Notes: generated by a model from the letters alone, not told the origin. Numbered from the stretch's first letter, positions 9,564-17,780 are shown. The stretch: DNA of 64,000 bases from Alphaproteobacteria bacterium (GCA_046314385.1 JBKBWZ010000004.1:997-64996), one strand, 5' to 3'. Program-made: numbers and translations.

Positions 9564-11714
9564 CTAGCAATCTCTGCCTGAAGTTTCCTGCCTTCTCCAT
9601 GCATCTAGAAATGTCTTAATGACCTCAGGGCAAGCATCTCCGTCTCTGGTTTCGATTTCTTCCAGCCTCTGACGAAACCGCGTACGATCAATAATATCAT
9701 CTAAGCCTGAAACAGCAGCGCGAACAGTACGGCGTGTTACAGTATCGCTCATGGTGTGGGTCCATGAGTGAGAGGTGAAAATCTTCGCAAAGTGGGCAAC
9801 CATCTCATCATTATCCAGTTTTGAAGATGTCCAGACCCTTGCCTCTGCACCCCCATCATTGGCGAACTCGCGCCAACGGAACAAAATGCTATGAAGGCCT
9901 CGGCACTGAAGGAGGCTATCATCAGCGGCGGATGTCCTGATTTTCTCTAGAGCCATAGGCACCAATTCATCCAAGTCCGCACGGGTAACAAGGCAGTTTT
10001 CTTCTGTTTCAGGCTCCCTTCCTTCCCTGGGGTGGTACCCCGAGTACGCGGAGGAAGTGAAATCAACGATCCACCCCAAGGACGCCTGTCGACAGGCCGC
10101 CATGAATATAGCTGATCTCTGAGGCAAGGAAGTCCTGTCCAAGGTCAGCTTCCTGAGTAACCAGTGAATTCTTAGCTCGTTACTCCCGACTGAAAATGCC
10201 CCGGCTAGATCGGCATCTGTATGTAGTTCATCCGCCAAGGCAAATACAGTCTCCAGAAGGGGCCGTGCTTTTTCTAAAGGGATATCCTGAGCATGCAAAG
10301 TCATGCCCTCCAGAAGAAGAGCTGATTTTGTGCCACCGGATTTCCTCTTTACTTGAAGCGCGGCCTGCAGCTTTGATCGAATGAATGGCCTATCTTCTGC
10401 TCTTCGTATGAGTTCATCTATCTCCTGCTGCGGCACGGCATCTGGACTAATTGAAAAGCGGAAGTATGAATCAAAATGTGATTTTGAGCATACTCTGCGC
10501 TGACGTTCCCATTCATCAGTAGACGAATAGTGGACATTGCTCCAGATGCTTTCTAAGTGGGGGAATAACCGGTAGAGGCCTCTCTTGTAGCGGGCGCGCG
10601 CCGCTTCCGGAATGGAAGTCAAGAAGACCTCATCGTATTTAGCCGCCTGATCCCTGCTTGACGCGTAATAATTAACCCCCTTTTCACAGAGAAGAAGCTT
10701 ATTCTGGCGTAATGCGCGGTAAAGCTGGGGCTGGAACAAGCGTAATGCCTCCAAGGCCACGAAATCACCGATATCCACTTGCCCTGCTATAGATGGCCAA
10801 GTCACGGTAAGGGTGTAGCCTAGCCTTGTGGCATCCCTTGGCGCCTTGATCTCATGCGCAACGATATCATTAAACAAATTCATAAATCTGACTATATTGC
10901 TATCCCCGGGATGGCCACATACTGCCTCAATATGAGACAGCAGCTGCCGATGCAAATCCTCCTGCTGTGGCTCGGGTATTTCAAACGACGCCTGGACTAT
11001 CTTCTCCAGATAATGCGGGCCCTCGGAAGGAAAACGCTCGGAAACAATCTTTTCCGCGAGCGGGCGGTCATACACGAGCAGATACATGACATTCGGAAGC
11101 CTGCCCACGGACTTGACAAGGCGGAAGATCAGCAAGGCTTCTTCCGGGGACAGGCGATCTATATCGTCAATAATGACAAGGAACCTTTTCTTCTGTTCGG
11201 CCAGCATCCTCGAAAGTTCAGCATGCAGTCCCTCGACGCTTTCATCCTGACTAATCAAGCTACCTAGCCATCCCATGGACCCCGAAGCGATTTTTCCCAA
11301 ACCACCAGCCCCCATGGTTTCAGCGGCAGCCTCTATTATTGAGCCTGTACGGAGGAGCTGTGCACCGAGCTTGGGCATGAGCTTCTTAAATCTTTTAGAG
11401 AGGCTCGGGCCGATCCCGGCATATAAGTCGCGAAAAAATGCTAATGCCAGTGCTTCTTCCCCCCTGAACCACCAACAGTTAAAACGAATGATCTTCAGAT
11501 CCCCTTTGTCAACCGCTTCCTGCAGGTGATGCAAGACAAGGTTAACAACACTGCTTTTTCCTGAACCCCACGGGCCATTCAGTGCAATAACAGACCCTAC
11601 TGGAGAAGACATTTTTAGCACGCTCCGGGCCAGCGCCTGGGCAAACGGGTCTATACCAAAAAGATCTTCCTTGGGCTCCTGGATAGGCTGATCGTTATAA
11701 TGTGCGGCGCTCAT
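9564..11714 (-). CDS. KAP-family P-loop NTPase
   Basis: N-terminus DLFGIDPFAQALARSV..VIALNGPWGSGKSS (Walker A, nt ~11550-11576). A long insert precedes the Walker B FLVIIDDIDRLSPEEALLIFRLVKSV. This is the typical KAP layout. Confidence 0.9.
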   Translation of the reverse strand: MSAAHYNDQPIQEPKEDLFGIDPFAQALARSVLKMSSPVGSVIALNGPWGSGKSSVVNLVLHHLQEAVDKGDLKIIRFNCWWFRGEEALALAFFRDLYAGIGPSLSKRFKKLMPKLGAQLLRTGSIIEAAAETMGAGGLGKIASGSMGWLGSLISQDESVEGLHAELSRMLAEQKKRFLVIIDDIDRLSPEEALLIFRLVKSVGRLPNVMYLLVYDRPLAEKIVSERFPSEGPHYLEKIVQASFEIPEPQQEDLHRQLLSHIEAVCGHPGDSNIVRFMNLFNDIVAHEIKAPRDATRLGYTLTVTWPSIAGQVDIGDFVALEALRLFQPQLYRALRQNKLLLCEKGVNYYASSRDQAAKYDEVFLTSIPEAARARYKRGLYRLFPHLESIWSNVHYSSTDEWERQRRVCSKSHFDSYFRFSISPDAVPQQEIDELIRRAEDRPFIRSKLQAALQVKRKSGGTKSALLLEGMTLHAQDIPLEKARPLLETVFALADELHTDADLAGAFSVGSNELRIHWLLRKLTLDRTSLPQRSAIFMAACRQASLGWIVDFTSSAYSGYHPREGREPETEENCLVTRADLDELVPMALEKIRTSAADDSLLQCRGLHSILFRWREFANDGGAEARVWTSSKLDNDEMVAHFAKIFTSHSWTHTMSDTVTRRTVRAAVSGLDDIIDRTRFRQRLEEIETRDGDACPEVIKTFLDAWRRQETSGRDC

Positions 11715-11739
11715 GAGAAAACCTCTATGTTATGGCTGT

Positions 11740-12648
11740 TTATGCTGCTGCTCCTTCCAGCTCTTTTAGTTCTTCCTTAGCTGCATCAATCAGGTCAATA
11801 AGGGGCATCTCTATTGCCGCAAGGTTGGCTTGTGGATAGTAACTCTCAAAATCGCCGCCTTCCGCGTGTATGGCGACAATTTTAGACAGGCATTCCATCT
11901 CGATTTCAAAAATTACATTGCTCAGCCTTTGTGCATTTGCCCAATAAGACTTGGATATGCCATCAACCGTGTAGACCGTGGAATGATGAAGGAAGGCAAG
12001 AGTGTCTTCCTCATCCATGCCCCTTTCCTTGACGAATTCTTCTATAACCTCACGATAAGCGGCAGAAGAAGTTTCTTCCCAATCCTCGTCATGGGATGCC
12101 CAGGCATCAAGTCCCCTATAAAACTCAAGCGGCTGTCCATTGTAGTCAACTTTAGCCTCATCGTTCCACGCGTTGCACATATCACTTGCATCATCCAGCA
12201 AATATATATGACGCAGTTTATTCGGATTAAATGCCAGCATTCTATTATTTAATGTTGATATGCAGAGCCATTCTTCGTCTTTCGCTATTTTTGCAAGAGC
12301 GCTTGATACTTCATTGGCCGTTTGTAATGTAATCGGGAACCATTTGACTTTCTCCTGCCCTGGAAGAAGAAGTCCGATGTGTCCCCAGAATCCATCCGTA
12401 ATATTTTCCCGGCCGGCAAGTGAGAAGCATAGATGGTTAGTCGCTACTTTGTCAGAGAATGGGTTGACATCGAGCAGATCGTCCACACTTGTCGAAAAGA
12501 TCATCGCAAGATCCCGCAGATCGCTCATGCTGGGCTCTGCCTTGCCGCTTTCCCAGCGCGCAATTGTCTGCTGCGTCGTTTTAAGCTTTTCAGCCAATTG
12601 CTGCTGCGTGTAGTTACCGGACTGCCGAAGGGCTTTCAGACGTTTCAT
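11740..12648 (-). CDS. XRE-family HTH domain fused to a ~230-aa uncharacterised C-terminal domain
   Basis: LRQSGNYTQQQLAEKLKTTQQTIARWESGKAEPSMSDLRDLAMIFSTSVDDLL is a classic Cro/C1 HTH. The gene ends 25 nt upstream of the KAP gene start, which suggests an operon. Confidence 0.85.
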   Translation of the reverse strand: MKRLKALRQSGNYTQQQLAEKLKTTQQTIARWESGKAEPSMSDLRDLAMIFSTSVDDLLDVNPFSDKVATNHLCFSLAGRENITDGFWGHIGLLLPGQEKVKWFPITLQTANEVSSALAKIAKDEEWLCISTLNNRMLAFNPNKLRHIYLLDDASDMCNAWNDEAKVDYNGQPLEFYRGLDAWASHDEDWEETSSAAYREVIEEFVKERGMDEEDTLAFLHHSTVYTVDGISKSYWANAQRLSNVIFEIEMECLSKIVAIHAEGGDFESYYPQANLAAIEMPLIDLIDAAKEELKELEGAAA

Positions 12649-12697
12649 TTTGATCTCCTTATGGAGACATAATTATCACCCGAAATTCGTGTTGACA

Positions 12698-12712
12698 ACA
12701 CATATAATGTGT
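12698..12712. promoter_or_regulatory. Perfect palindrome ACACAT-ATA-ATGTGT in the divergent promoter region; candidate operator for the adjacent XRE protein
   Basis: It lies 50 nt upstream of the XRE gene start, in the AT-rich 175-bp spacer between divergent genes. Confidence 0.35.
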
Positions 12713-12823
12713 ATTTTTAATCTGGCTGGGCCTAAAAATGCAACTATAGACACTATACGCTCTAAAATGCTCTTTTTTTGTACTTATATATCAAGAGAGA
12801 ATCTGTTCAACTTAAACCACTAG

Positions 12824-13111
12824 ATGTACACGATAACTTCAGTAAGGAGAAAAGGCGCAGTGGCACGGGAAATATTCGGCCTGATTCCCATGGAAAAGAT
12901 AAGGGCTAATGTCCTCGTAAACTGCCTGAACTCACAAACCGGCCGCATGGAAGATCAGGTCATTGTTTCCGCACTTATTGTCAGATCCACTATGAGCGGC
13001 CTGAACTTCAGGGGTATTGACCCGTCAGATTATCTCAGGAATTTTATACACAATATGAAGTTCACGAAAACACGTGGCTTTGAAGCTGTGGAAAAAATGG
13101 AGGCCTTATAA
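12824..13111 (+). CDS. Hypothetical small protein (95 aa)
   Basis: The ORF is divergent from the XRE gene. Its stop TAA at 13109-13111 abuts the next ATG at 13113. No motif was recognised. Confidence 0.4.
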   Translation: MYTITSVRRKGAVAREIFGLIPMEKIRANVLVNCLNSQTGRMEDQVIVSALIVRSTMSGLNFRGIDPSDYLRNFIHNMKFTKTRGFEAVEKMEAL

Positions 13112-13112
13112 A

Positions 13113-13649
13113 ATGCCCTTATCTCAGCTCACTTGGCCAGAATGGGCCGGCATTATAGGAGCGGTTTCCGGTGTACCTGCACTATTTATCCAGCTCATCC
13201 AATACCTGCACTCCAAGCCGCGTCTGCGGGTAGATGTCTCACCCGAGTGCATCATCATCAGAGACGAGTTTAAGGTTAAGAATGACTGTAATCCGGATGA
13301 AGAAGGGTACAGGTATGCGACCCATGTCGTCATTACAAATGTTGGACAAATGACGGCATCTATACTTAAAATCGAGATACGCGCTAAAAACTATGGATGG
13401 ATAGACACCCTGCTCAGCAAGTTGCCTGTACTCAAGAAAACAAGAAGGGGAATTATATCACATGACAAGGCGATTATTGACCAAACATACAAAACACCCT
13501 TTACGCTAGATGCAGGCCATGTCTGGATTGGAATTGTAGATGCTCTGCCATACCGTGAAAACCTGCATCATTTTCCACATGTATATCTTGAAATAAAGAC
13601 ATCACATAAAAAGAAGCCGCAAGTCAAAAAAATCAAACTGGCGGCCTAA
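13113..13649 (+). CDS. Hypothetical membrane-anchored protein (178 aa)
   Basis: ATG at 13113 lies 9 nt after GGAGG. There is an N-terminal hydrophobic helix, WAGIIGAVSGVPALFIQLIQYL. Confidence 0.5.
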   Translation: MPLSQLTWPEWAGIIGAVSGVPALFIQLIQYLHSKPRLRVDVSPECIIIRDEFKVKNDCNPDEEGYRYATHVVITNVGQMTASILKIEIRAKNYGWIDTLLSKLPVLKKTRRGIISHDKAIIDQTYKTPFTLDAGHVWIGIVDALPYRENLHHFPHVYLEIKTSHKKKPQVKKIKLAA

Positions 13650-13749
13650 GGTTGCTTGCGTATGTAACAGGTATAACCAAGCACTCCGCTACGGATTGGA
13701 AACGAAAGCTTAAAATTGGGAAACGAGCTAAAGCGGTAACTTAATCTTT

Positions 13750-14232
13750 ATGAGCATAGATTTCAATTTCAGTAAATGGGTCATCTGGCAAGCACGTAAT
13801 GAGCTATCCAGCCTTAACGCACCTGGCGTGTATGCCTTGGCAAAATCGAAAGTGGATCTTAACGGAACGCCTTTTGATTGGTCGCACGACATTATCTATT
13901 TTGGCGTATCCGGCGCACTTAAAAAACGGCTTCGACAATTCGACGATACCGTCGCCCAACGCAGAAAACAGCATGGTGGAGCAGATCGCGTATTATTTAA
14001 ATATCCAGAATATAATTCGCTCATATCGCAACTTTACGTGAGCGTCATCGCCATTGGCAATACCGCAGCAAGCACTACGCCTGATTGTCTAAGGAGGATC
14101 GGAGAGGCCCACCGTTTGGAATATTACTGCATGGCCAAGTACCTTGAACTGCATTCGCAGTTACCGGAATTCAACCGCAAGGACGCACCCAAGTTTAGCA
14201 GACAACAGGCTAAAACTCCCTCATCCGTATAA
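13750..14232 (+). CDS. Small GIY-YIG-like nuclease-domain protein
   Basis: GVYAL..(~30 aa)..IIYFGVSGALKKRLRQF matches the GIY / YIG / conserved Arg spacing. Confidence 0.5.
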   Translation: MSIDFNFSKWVIWQARNELSSLNAPGVYALAKSKVDLNGTPFDWSHDIIYFGVSGALKKRLRQFDDTVAQRRKQHGGADRVLFKYPEYNSLISQLYVSVIAIGNTAASTTPDCLRRIGEAHRLEYYCMAKYLELHSQLPEFNRKDAPKFSRQQAKTPSSV

Positions 14233-14261
14233 AGCTGATAAGGGCGCATATTTTTGACCCA

Positions 14262-14405
14262 TCATTTCAATGCTGCCTTGTCATTTAAGCGATATTCATC
14301 CGCCTTTCTTTCCCATTCTTCCTCCGATAGCGGAACATCGCAATAGAGCGGGTCCAGAACGATGCCACCACGCTGGGAGCTGGCCTTTATCGTATCGGCA
14401 ACCAT
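14262..14405 (-). pseudogene. Remnant of a DNA methyltransferase gene (47 codons) with an internal deletion removing the SAM-binding FGGSGTT motif
   Basis: My translation is MVADTIKASSQRGGIVLDPLYCDVPLSEEEW... This parallels ..VADALKDASARGDIVLDP[FGGSGTT...IE LDP]LYCDV of the intact methylase at 14909-16174. Nucleotide similarity is also visible: aacatcgcaatagagcgggtc vs gacgtcgcaatagagcgggtc. Confidence 0.55.
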
Positions 14406-14411
14406 ACCCGC

Positions 14412-14912
14412 TCAGTAAATATCCTCCCCTGCTTCCCAGCGGCGCATCGCTTCGGCCTGATCTCGCAGCATGATCTGGCGCTGCTCTTCGGCCTCTATTC
14501 TGAACTTTTCCAGAGTCTGCGTGCCAGAAACGACTAGCACGCCACCCCCTTTTCTCGCCTTCTCTTTGGCCAGCGCCTCCTCCAGCTCCGCAATCTTGTT
14601 TGCATGCGGTCCCGTGACGTTCTGAGTGTAAATTTCGGGGAAAAAGCGCGCGTCCATCTCGATCAGTTTTATCAGGACACGCGGGTCTTTCTCTACCAGC
14701 GCCTGATGTCTCAGTGTCATCCAGAGCGCCTGGCGCGTAGAGAGATTCTTGTTGCCGGACAGCTTGTCGCGCATAAAAATACCGAATTCGGTTTTTGTAT
14801 TTTTGCTCCCCTTCGGACGGCCGCCACGGTTTATCGGGTTTCCGTCAGGCGCTCCGAACTGGCGACGCTTGGGCAAATTTCCATCGTTTTTGTCCTTTCC
14901 TTTATCGCTCAT
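14412..14912 (-). CDS. Phage-type DUF5681-like protein (GRPKGSKN motif)
   Basis: The motif GNPINRGGRPKGSKN is present. The start MSDKGKDK overlaps the methylase stop in an ATGA arrangement at 14909-14912. The track start at 14981 is probably too long. Confidence 0.65.
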   Translation of the reverse strand: MSDKGKDKNDGNLPKRRQFGAPDGNPINRGGRPKGSKNTKTEFGIFMRDKLSGNKNLSTRQALWMTLRHQALVEKDPRVLIKLIEMDARFFPEIYTQNVTGPHANKIAELEEALAKEKARKGGGVLVVSGTQTLEKFRIEAEEQRQIMLRDQAEAMRRWEAGEDIY

Positions 14913-16174
14913 GCTTTTGCTCCCGCAGCCAATGCACGGCCGCCTGTAAACTTCTCCCAGCGGCGGATGATGACGTCGCAATAGAGCGGGTCGAGCTCGA
15001 TCAGGCGGGCTTTGCGGCCGGTTTTTTCGGCGGCGATCAGGGTGGTGCCGGAGCCGCCGAAGGGGTCAAGCACGATATCGCCGCGGGCGGAGGCGTCCTT
15101 GAGCGCATCGGCAACGAGGGCGAGGGGTTTGACCGTCGGATGCATGGCAAGCTCCTGCATACGCCCGCCCGCGAAGGAGTTGACGCCGGGGTATTCCCAG
15201 ACGTTGGTGCGGTAGCGGCCGTGTTTGCCGAGCTGGATGTTGTTGATATGCGGCGCCGTGCCCTTTTTGAACACAAAGACCAGCTCGTGGCGGCTGCGGT
15301 AAAAGCTGCCCATCCCGCCGTTATCTTTCACCCAGACGCAGAGATTCTGAAGGCCGAGGCCTGCCATGTCGCCCGCTGCGGAAAGCTCGTCAATATGGCG
15401 CCAGTCCATGCAGCTATAGATAATCGCGCCGTCTTCGGCATAATCGGCCATCAGCTTGTGCGATTGATAGAGGAACTGGGTAAAGGCCTGCGTATCCATC
15501 TCTCCCGAGGCCATGGCGAATTCGCGGTGCTGGATCTTGCCCGAATTCCCGACATGGCCTGCGATTTTGACGTTATAGGGGGCATCTGTAAAACAGAGGC
15601 GGGCTTTGGCCGTTCCCATCAGGGCGGCATAGCTCTCCGGCTGCGTCGCATCGCCGCAGTAAAGCAGGTGCTCGCCGAGCTGCCAGAGGTCGCCCGGACG
15701 CACGACGGCCGGTCCTGTCGCCGGCGCCGGAATATCTTCATCTGCGCCAGGCACGAGCGGCTCCAGTATGATATCCAGCTCCGGCACCTCGAAGCCCGAC
15801 AGCGTCAGGTCGATATCCGGCAGCTTGATCATGATTTCCTGAAACTCCGCCGCAAGCAGGGCGTGGTCCCAGCTAGCTTCTTCGGCGATACGGTCGTGGG
15901 CGATACGCAGCAGACGCAGCTGCTCTTCGGCCAGATGGCCGGCGCGAATGACCGGGATTTCTTCCATCTGCAAACGGGGCGCGGCCGCCACCAGATGGGC
16001 GCCGATCACTGTATTGCAATCTGCGTCGATCACCACGGGGGGCATAAAGCCACATTCGCGGATCATACGCTCGGTTTTGAGGATTTGTTTCTTGCCCGGA
16101 ATACGGAACTGGCGGGCGTAATCTTTGACCAGCTCGAGGCGCAGGTATTCCACCTGCAGATGATTATGAATCAT
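14909..16174 (-). CDS. ParB-like N-terminal domain fused to an N6/N4 DNA methyltransferase (phage-type orphan MTase)
   Basis: CFTDAPYNV is a DPPY-type catalytic motif. VLDPFGGSGTTLIAAEKTGRKARLIELDPLYCDV is the SAM-binding motif. The N-terminus LRLELVKDYARQ..PPVVID..VIGAHLVAAA is ParB-like. The start is placed at MIHNH (16174). Confidence 0.9.
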   Translation of the reverse strand: MIHNHLQVEYLRLELVKDYARQFRIPGKKQILKTERMIRECGFMPPVVIDADCNTVIGAHLVAAAPRLQMEEIPVIRAGHLAEEQLRLLRIAHDRIAEEASWDHALLAAEFQEIMIKLPDIDLTLSGFEVPELDIILEPLVPGADEDIPAPATGPAVVRPGDLWQLGEHLLYCGDATQPESYAALMGTAKARLCFTDAPYNVKIAGHVGNSGKIQHREFAMASGEMDTQAFTQFLYQSHKLMADYAEDGAIIYSCMDWRHIDELSAAGDMAGLGLQNLCVWVKDNGGMGSFYRSRHELVFVFKKGTAPHINNIQLGKHGRYRTNVWEYPGVNSFAGGRMQELAMHPTVKPLALVADALKDASARGDIVLDPFGGSGTTLIAAEKTGRKARLIELDPLYCDVIIRRWEKFTGGRALAAGAKA

Positions 16175-16439
16175 AGCGGTTTCCACATAGATGGCGTTAA
16201 ACGTGCGGAAACCGGGCAATAAAAAAAGGCATGGTTTCCGGAAAAAAACTTCAACCAGAACCATGTCTGTGTTGAAACCCATCCGGACCATGCCGCGATA
16301 CAGGAGCTTGAGGCTGGTTCAGGAGCTTATAGACCGGGCCACGCCATGTTGACCTCTCTCCAGAACACGGCGACCATGCGCCACCCTCAAACCGGGATGA
16401 CTCAATGATGTCAAATTTCGCTCCCGAAATCAAGAATTT

Positions 16440-17249
16440 TCAGTTGGCATTCAGGCCGTGCACACGCACGCCGAGTTTTCGTTTATAGAGCGCTTCGATT
16501 TCAATACTTTCGCGCGCGCTGACATTGCTCGGCAGAGTCTGCAAAATCGAATACACGAAGTGCCGGCGATGATAGGCCGGGTCTTCGGCGAGGAGTTTTT
16601 TGAGCTCCTTGTTGTGCCCGTGGCCGGTCGCCGCATAGCTCTTCCAGCGGCCCCAGATGCCCTCGTCGCCATAGGCCGAGCCGACATACTGTTTGCCGGT
16701 CTTGCGGTCGAGGATCAGGTAGACGCCATTGACCGCCGAGAGGTGATGCTTCCAGTCATGGTTCGCCTCCGGATTGCGGATCAGCGTCTCCAGCTCGTCG
16801 AATTCGAGCACGAAGTCGAGCAGGCCGGGGAAGTTGCCGATATATCCCTCCGGCAGGATTTCGATGACCGTTTTCGGCTGCCGGTGATACCACTGCAGCC
16901 ATGCCCGCGCGCTTGCGCCCCAGTCAATCACCAGCCGGTCGACAAGGGGGTTGAAATCCGGCACCTGCTCGAGATCATACACATAATGGCCGCGCACGAA
17001 CCGCCCGCCCAGCACCTTGAACACTCCGAAGAAAAGAGACCGTCCACGCTCGAGCCCGATAAATGACACGATATAGTCACAGTCCGCAAAAACATCTCGG
17101 CCCTGTTCTTTCTGGTACGCGAGGAGTTTTTTACGGTCTTTTACAACCTCGCGGTATTGCGCACGATTGTCTTTGTGGCGGACAAGCTTGACCCGCTTCC
17201 CCTCCAGCACAGTTGATCGGGTGTCCAGCAATTGTTTCAGAGTGAGCAT
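16440..17249 (-). CDS. GIY-YIG nuclease family protein with an N-terminal extension
   Basis: NGVYLILDRKTGKQYVGSAYGDEGIWGRWKSY. The start MLTLKQ at 17249 lies 8 nt after AGGAG. Confidence 0.8.
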   Translation of the reverse strand: MLTLKQLLDTRSTVLEGKRVKLVRHKDNRAQYREVVKDRKKLLAYQKEQGRDVFADCDYIVSFIGLERGRSLFFGVFKVLGGRFVRGHYVYDLEQVPDFNPLVDRLVIDWGASARAWLQWYHRQPKTVIEILPEGYIGNFPGLLDFVLEFDELETLIRNPEANHDWKHHLSAVNGVYLILDRKTGKQYVGSAYGDEGIWGRWKSYAATGHGHNKELKKLLAEDPAYHRRHFVYSILQTLPSNVSARESIEIEALYKRKLGVRVHGLNAN

Positions 17250-17254
17250 GATAA

Positions 17255-17677
17255 TTATCTCCTGCATACATCAAGAATGGCGCCGTTCAGGTAATAGGCC
17301 TCCTGCATGTCGGCCGGTTTGCCGACCACCGTCTGGGCAATCGCCCCATCGCGGAACAGCGTCACAAAAGGCACGGCGCCATTATAGCCGCCCATCCTGT
17401 TTTTGCTGTTCACGGTTCCGCAGACCTTCCAGCCGAACATCTGCTGCGTGCCGTACATCGAAGACTCCTTGAAATAGCCCTTGGCGGGTTTTTCGAAGGT
17501 ATAAAGCGGGGATGTGGGGTCGATTAGCAAGGTTGCGAATTCCTGCCGGATCATCGACTGGTGATGCGCCGGTGGCGGCGGCCCGTAATCGGCATTGGCG
17601 ATTTCTTCGGGTGATATGGGCGTTGCGCAGCCAGTCAGGAACAACAGCCCCGCAAGTATGATTTTATATCTGAACAT
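17255..17677 (-). CDS. Lipoprotein of unknown function
   Basis: Signal peptide plus lipobox: MFRYKIILAGLLFLTGC. Confidence 0.7.
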   Translation of the reverse strand: MFRYKIILAGLLFLTGCATPISPEEIANADYGPPPPAHHQSMIRQEFATLLIDPTSPLYTFEKPAKGYFKESSMYGTQQMFGWKVCGTVNSKNRMGGYNGAVPFVTLFRDGAIAQTVVGKPADMQEAYYLNGAILDVCRR

Positions 17678-17780
17678 CGGCTTCTCTTTCTCCGTTAAAA
17701 CAATCGGCCGCCAGATTTCTCTGGGATGACAGAGTCATCCTATCTTTCTGTTTTTATTTACTATTTTATTACATAATGGT

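Larger units (their letters stand above)
1..14240. other. AT-rich accessory island with defence-type gene content. The left edge lies beyond the window and the right edge sits at a truncated methylase remnant.
   Basis: G+C and codon usage are visibly more A/T-rich than in 14.4-64 kb. Intergenic spacers are long and AT-rich. Content is NTPases, nuclease-like and HTH proteins. Composition changes abruptly near 14240-14260. Confidence 0.6.

Noticed and set aside
9314-9604. 96-aa minus-strand ORF bridging the KAP/giant gene spacer
   Set aside because: It overlaps both flanking genes, has no RBS and has an odd composition. The spacer is more likely the promoter or UTR of the giant gene.
12692-12710. 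TTGACA followed by TATAAT as a sigma70 promoter
   Set aside because: The hexamers are only 5 nt apart, not the required ~17 nt. The TATAAT is part of the palindrome, which I report as a possible operator instead.
14795-16222. 475-aa plus-strand ORF
   Set aside because: It is antisense to the ParB-methyltransferase gene, which has unmistakable motifs. Its product is Ala/Gly/Arg-rich low complexity, typical of shadow ORFs in GC-rich DNA.
17714-17722. 9-nt match TTCTCTGGG, inverted at 33192-33200 (CCCAGAGAA), as element-terminal inverted repeats
   Set aside because: A single 9-mer match across a 64-kb window is about what chance predicts, and there is no extended similarity around it.
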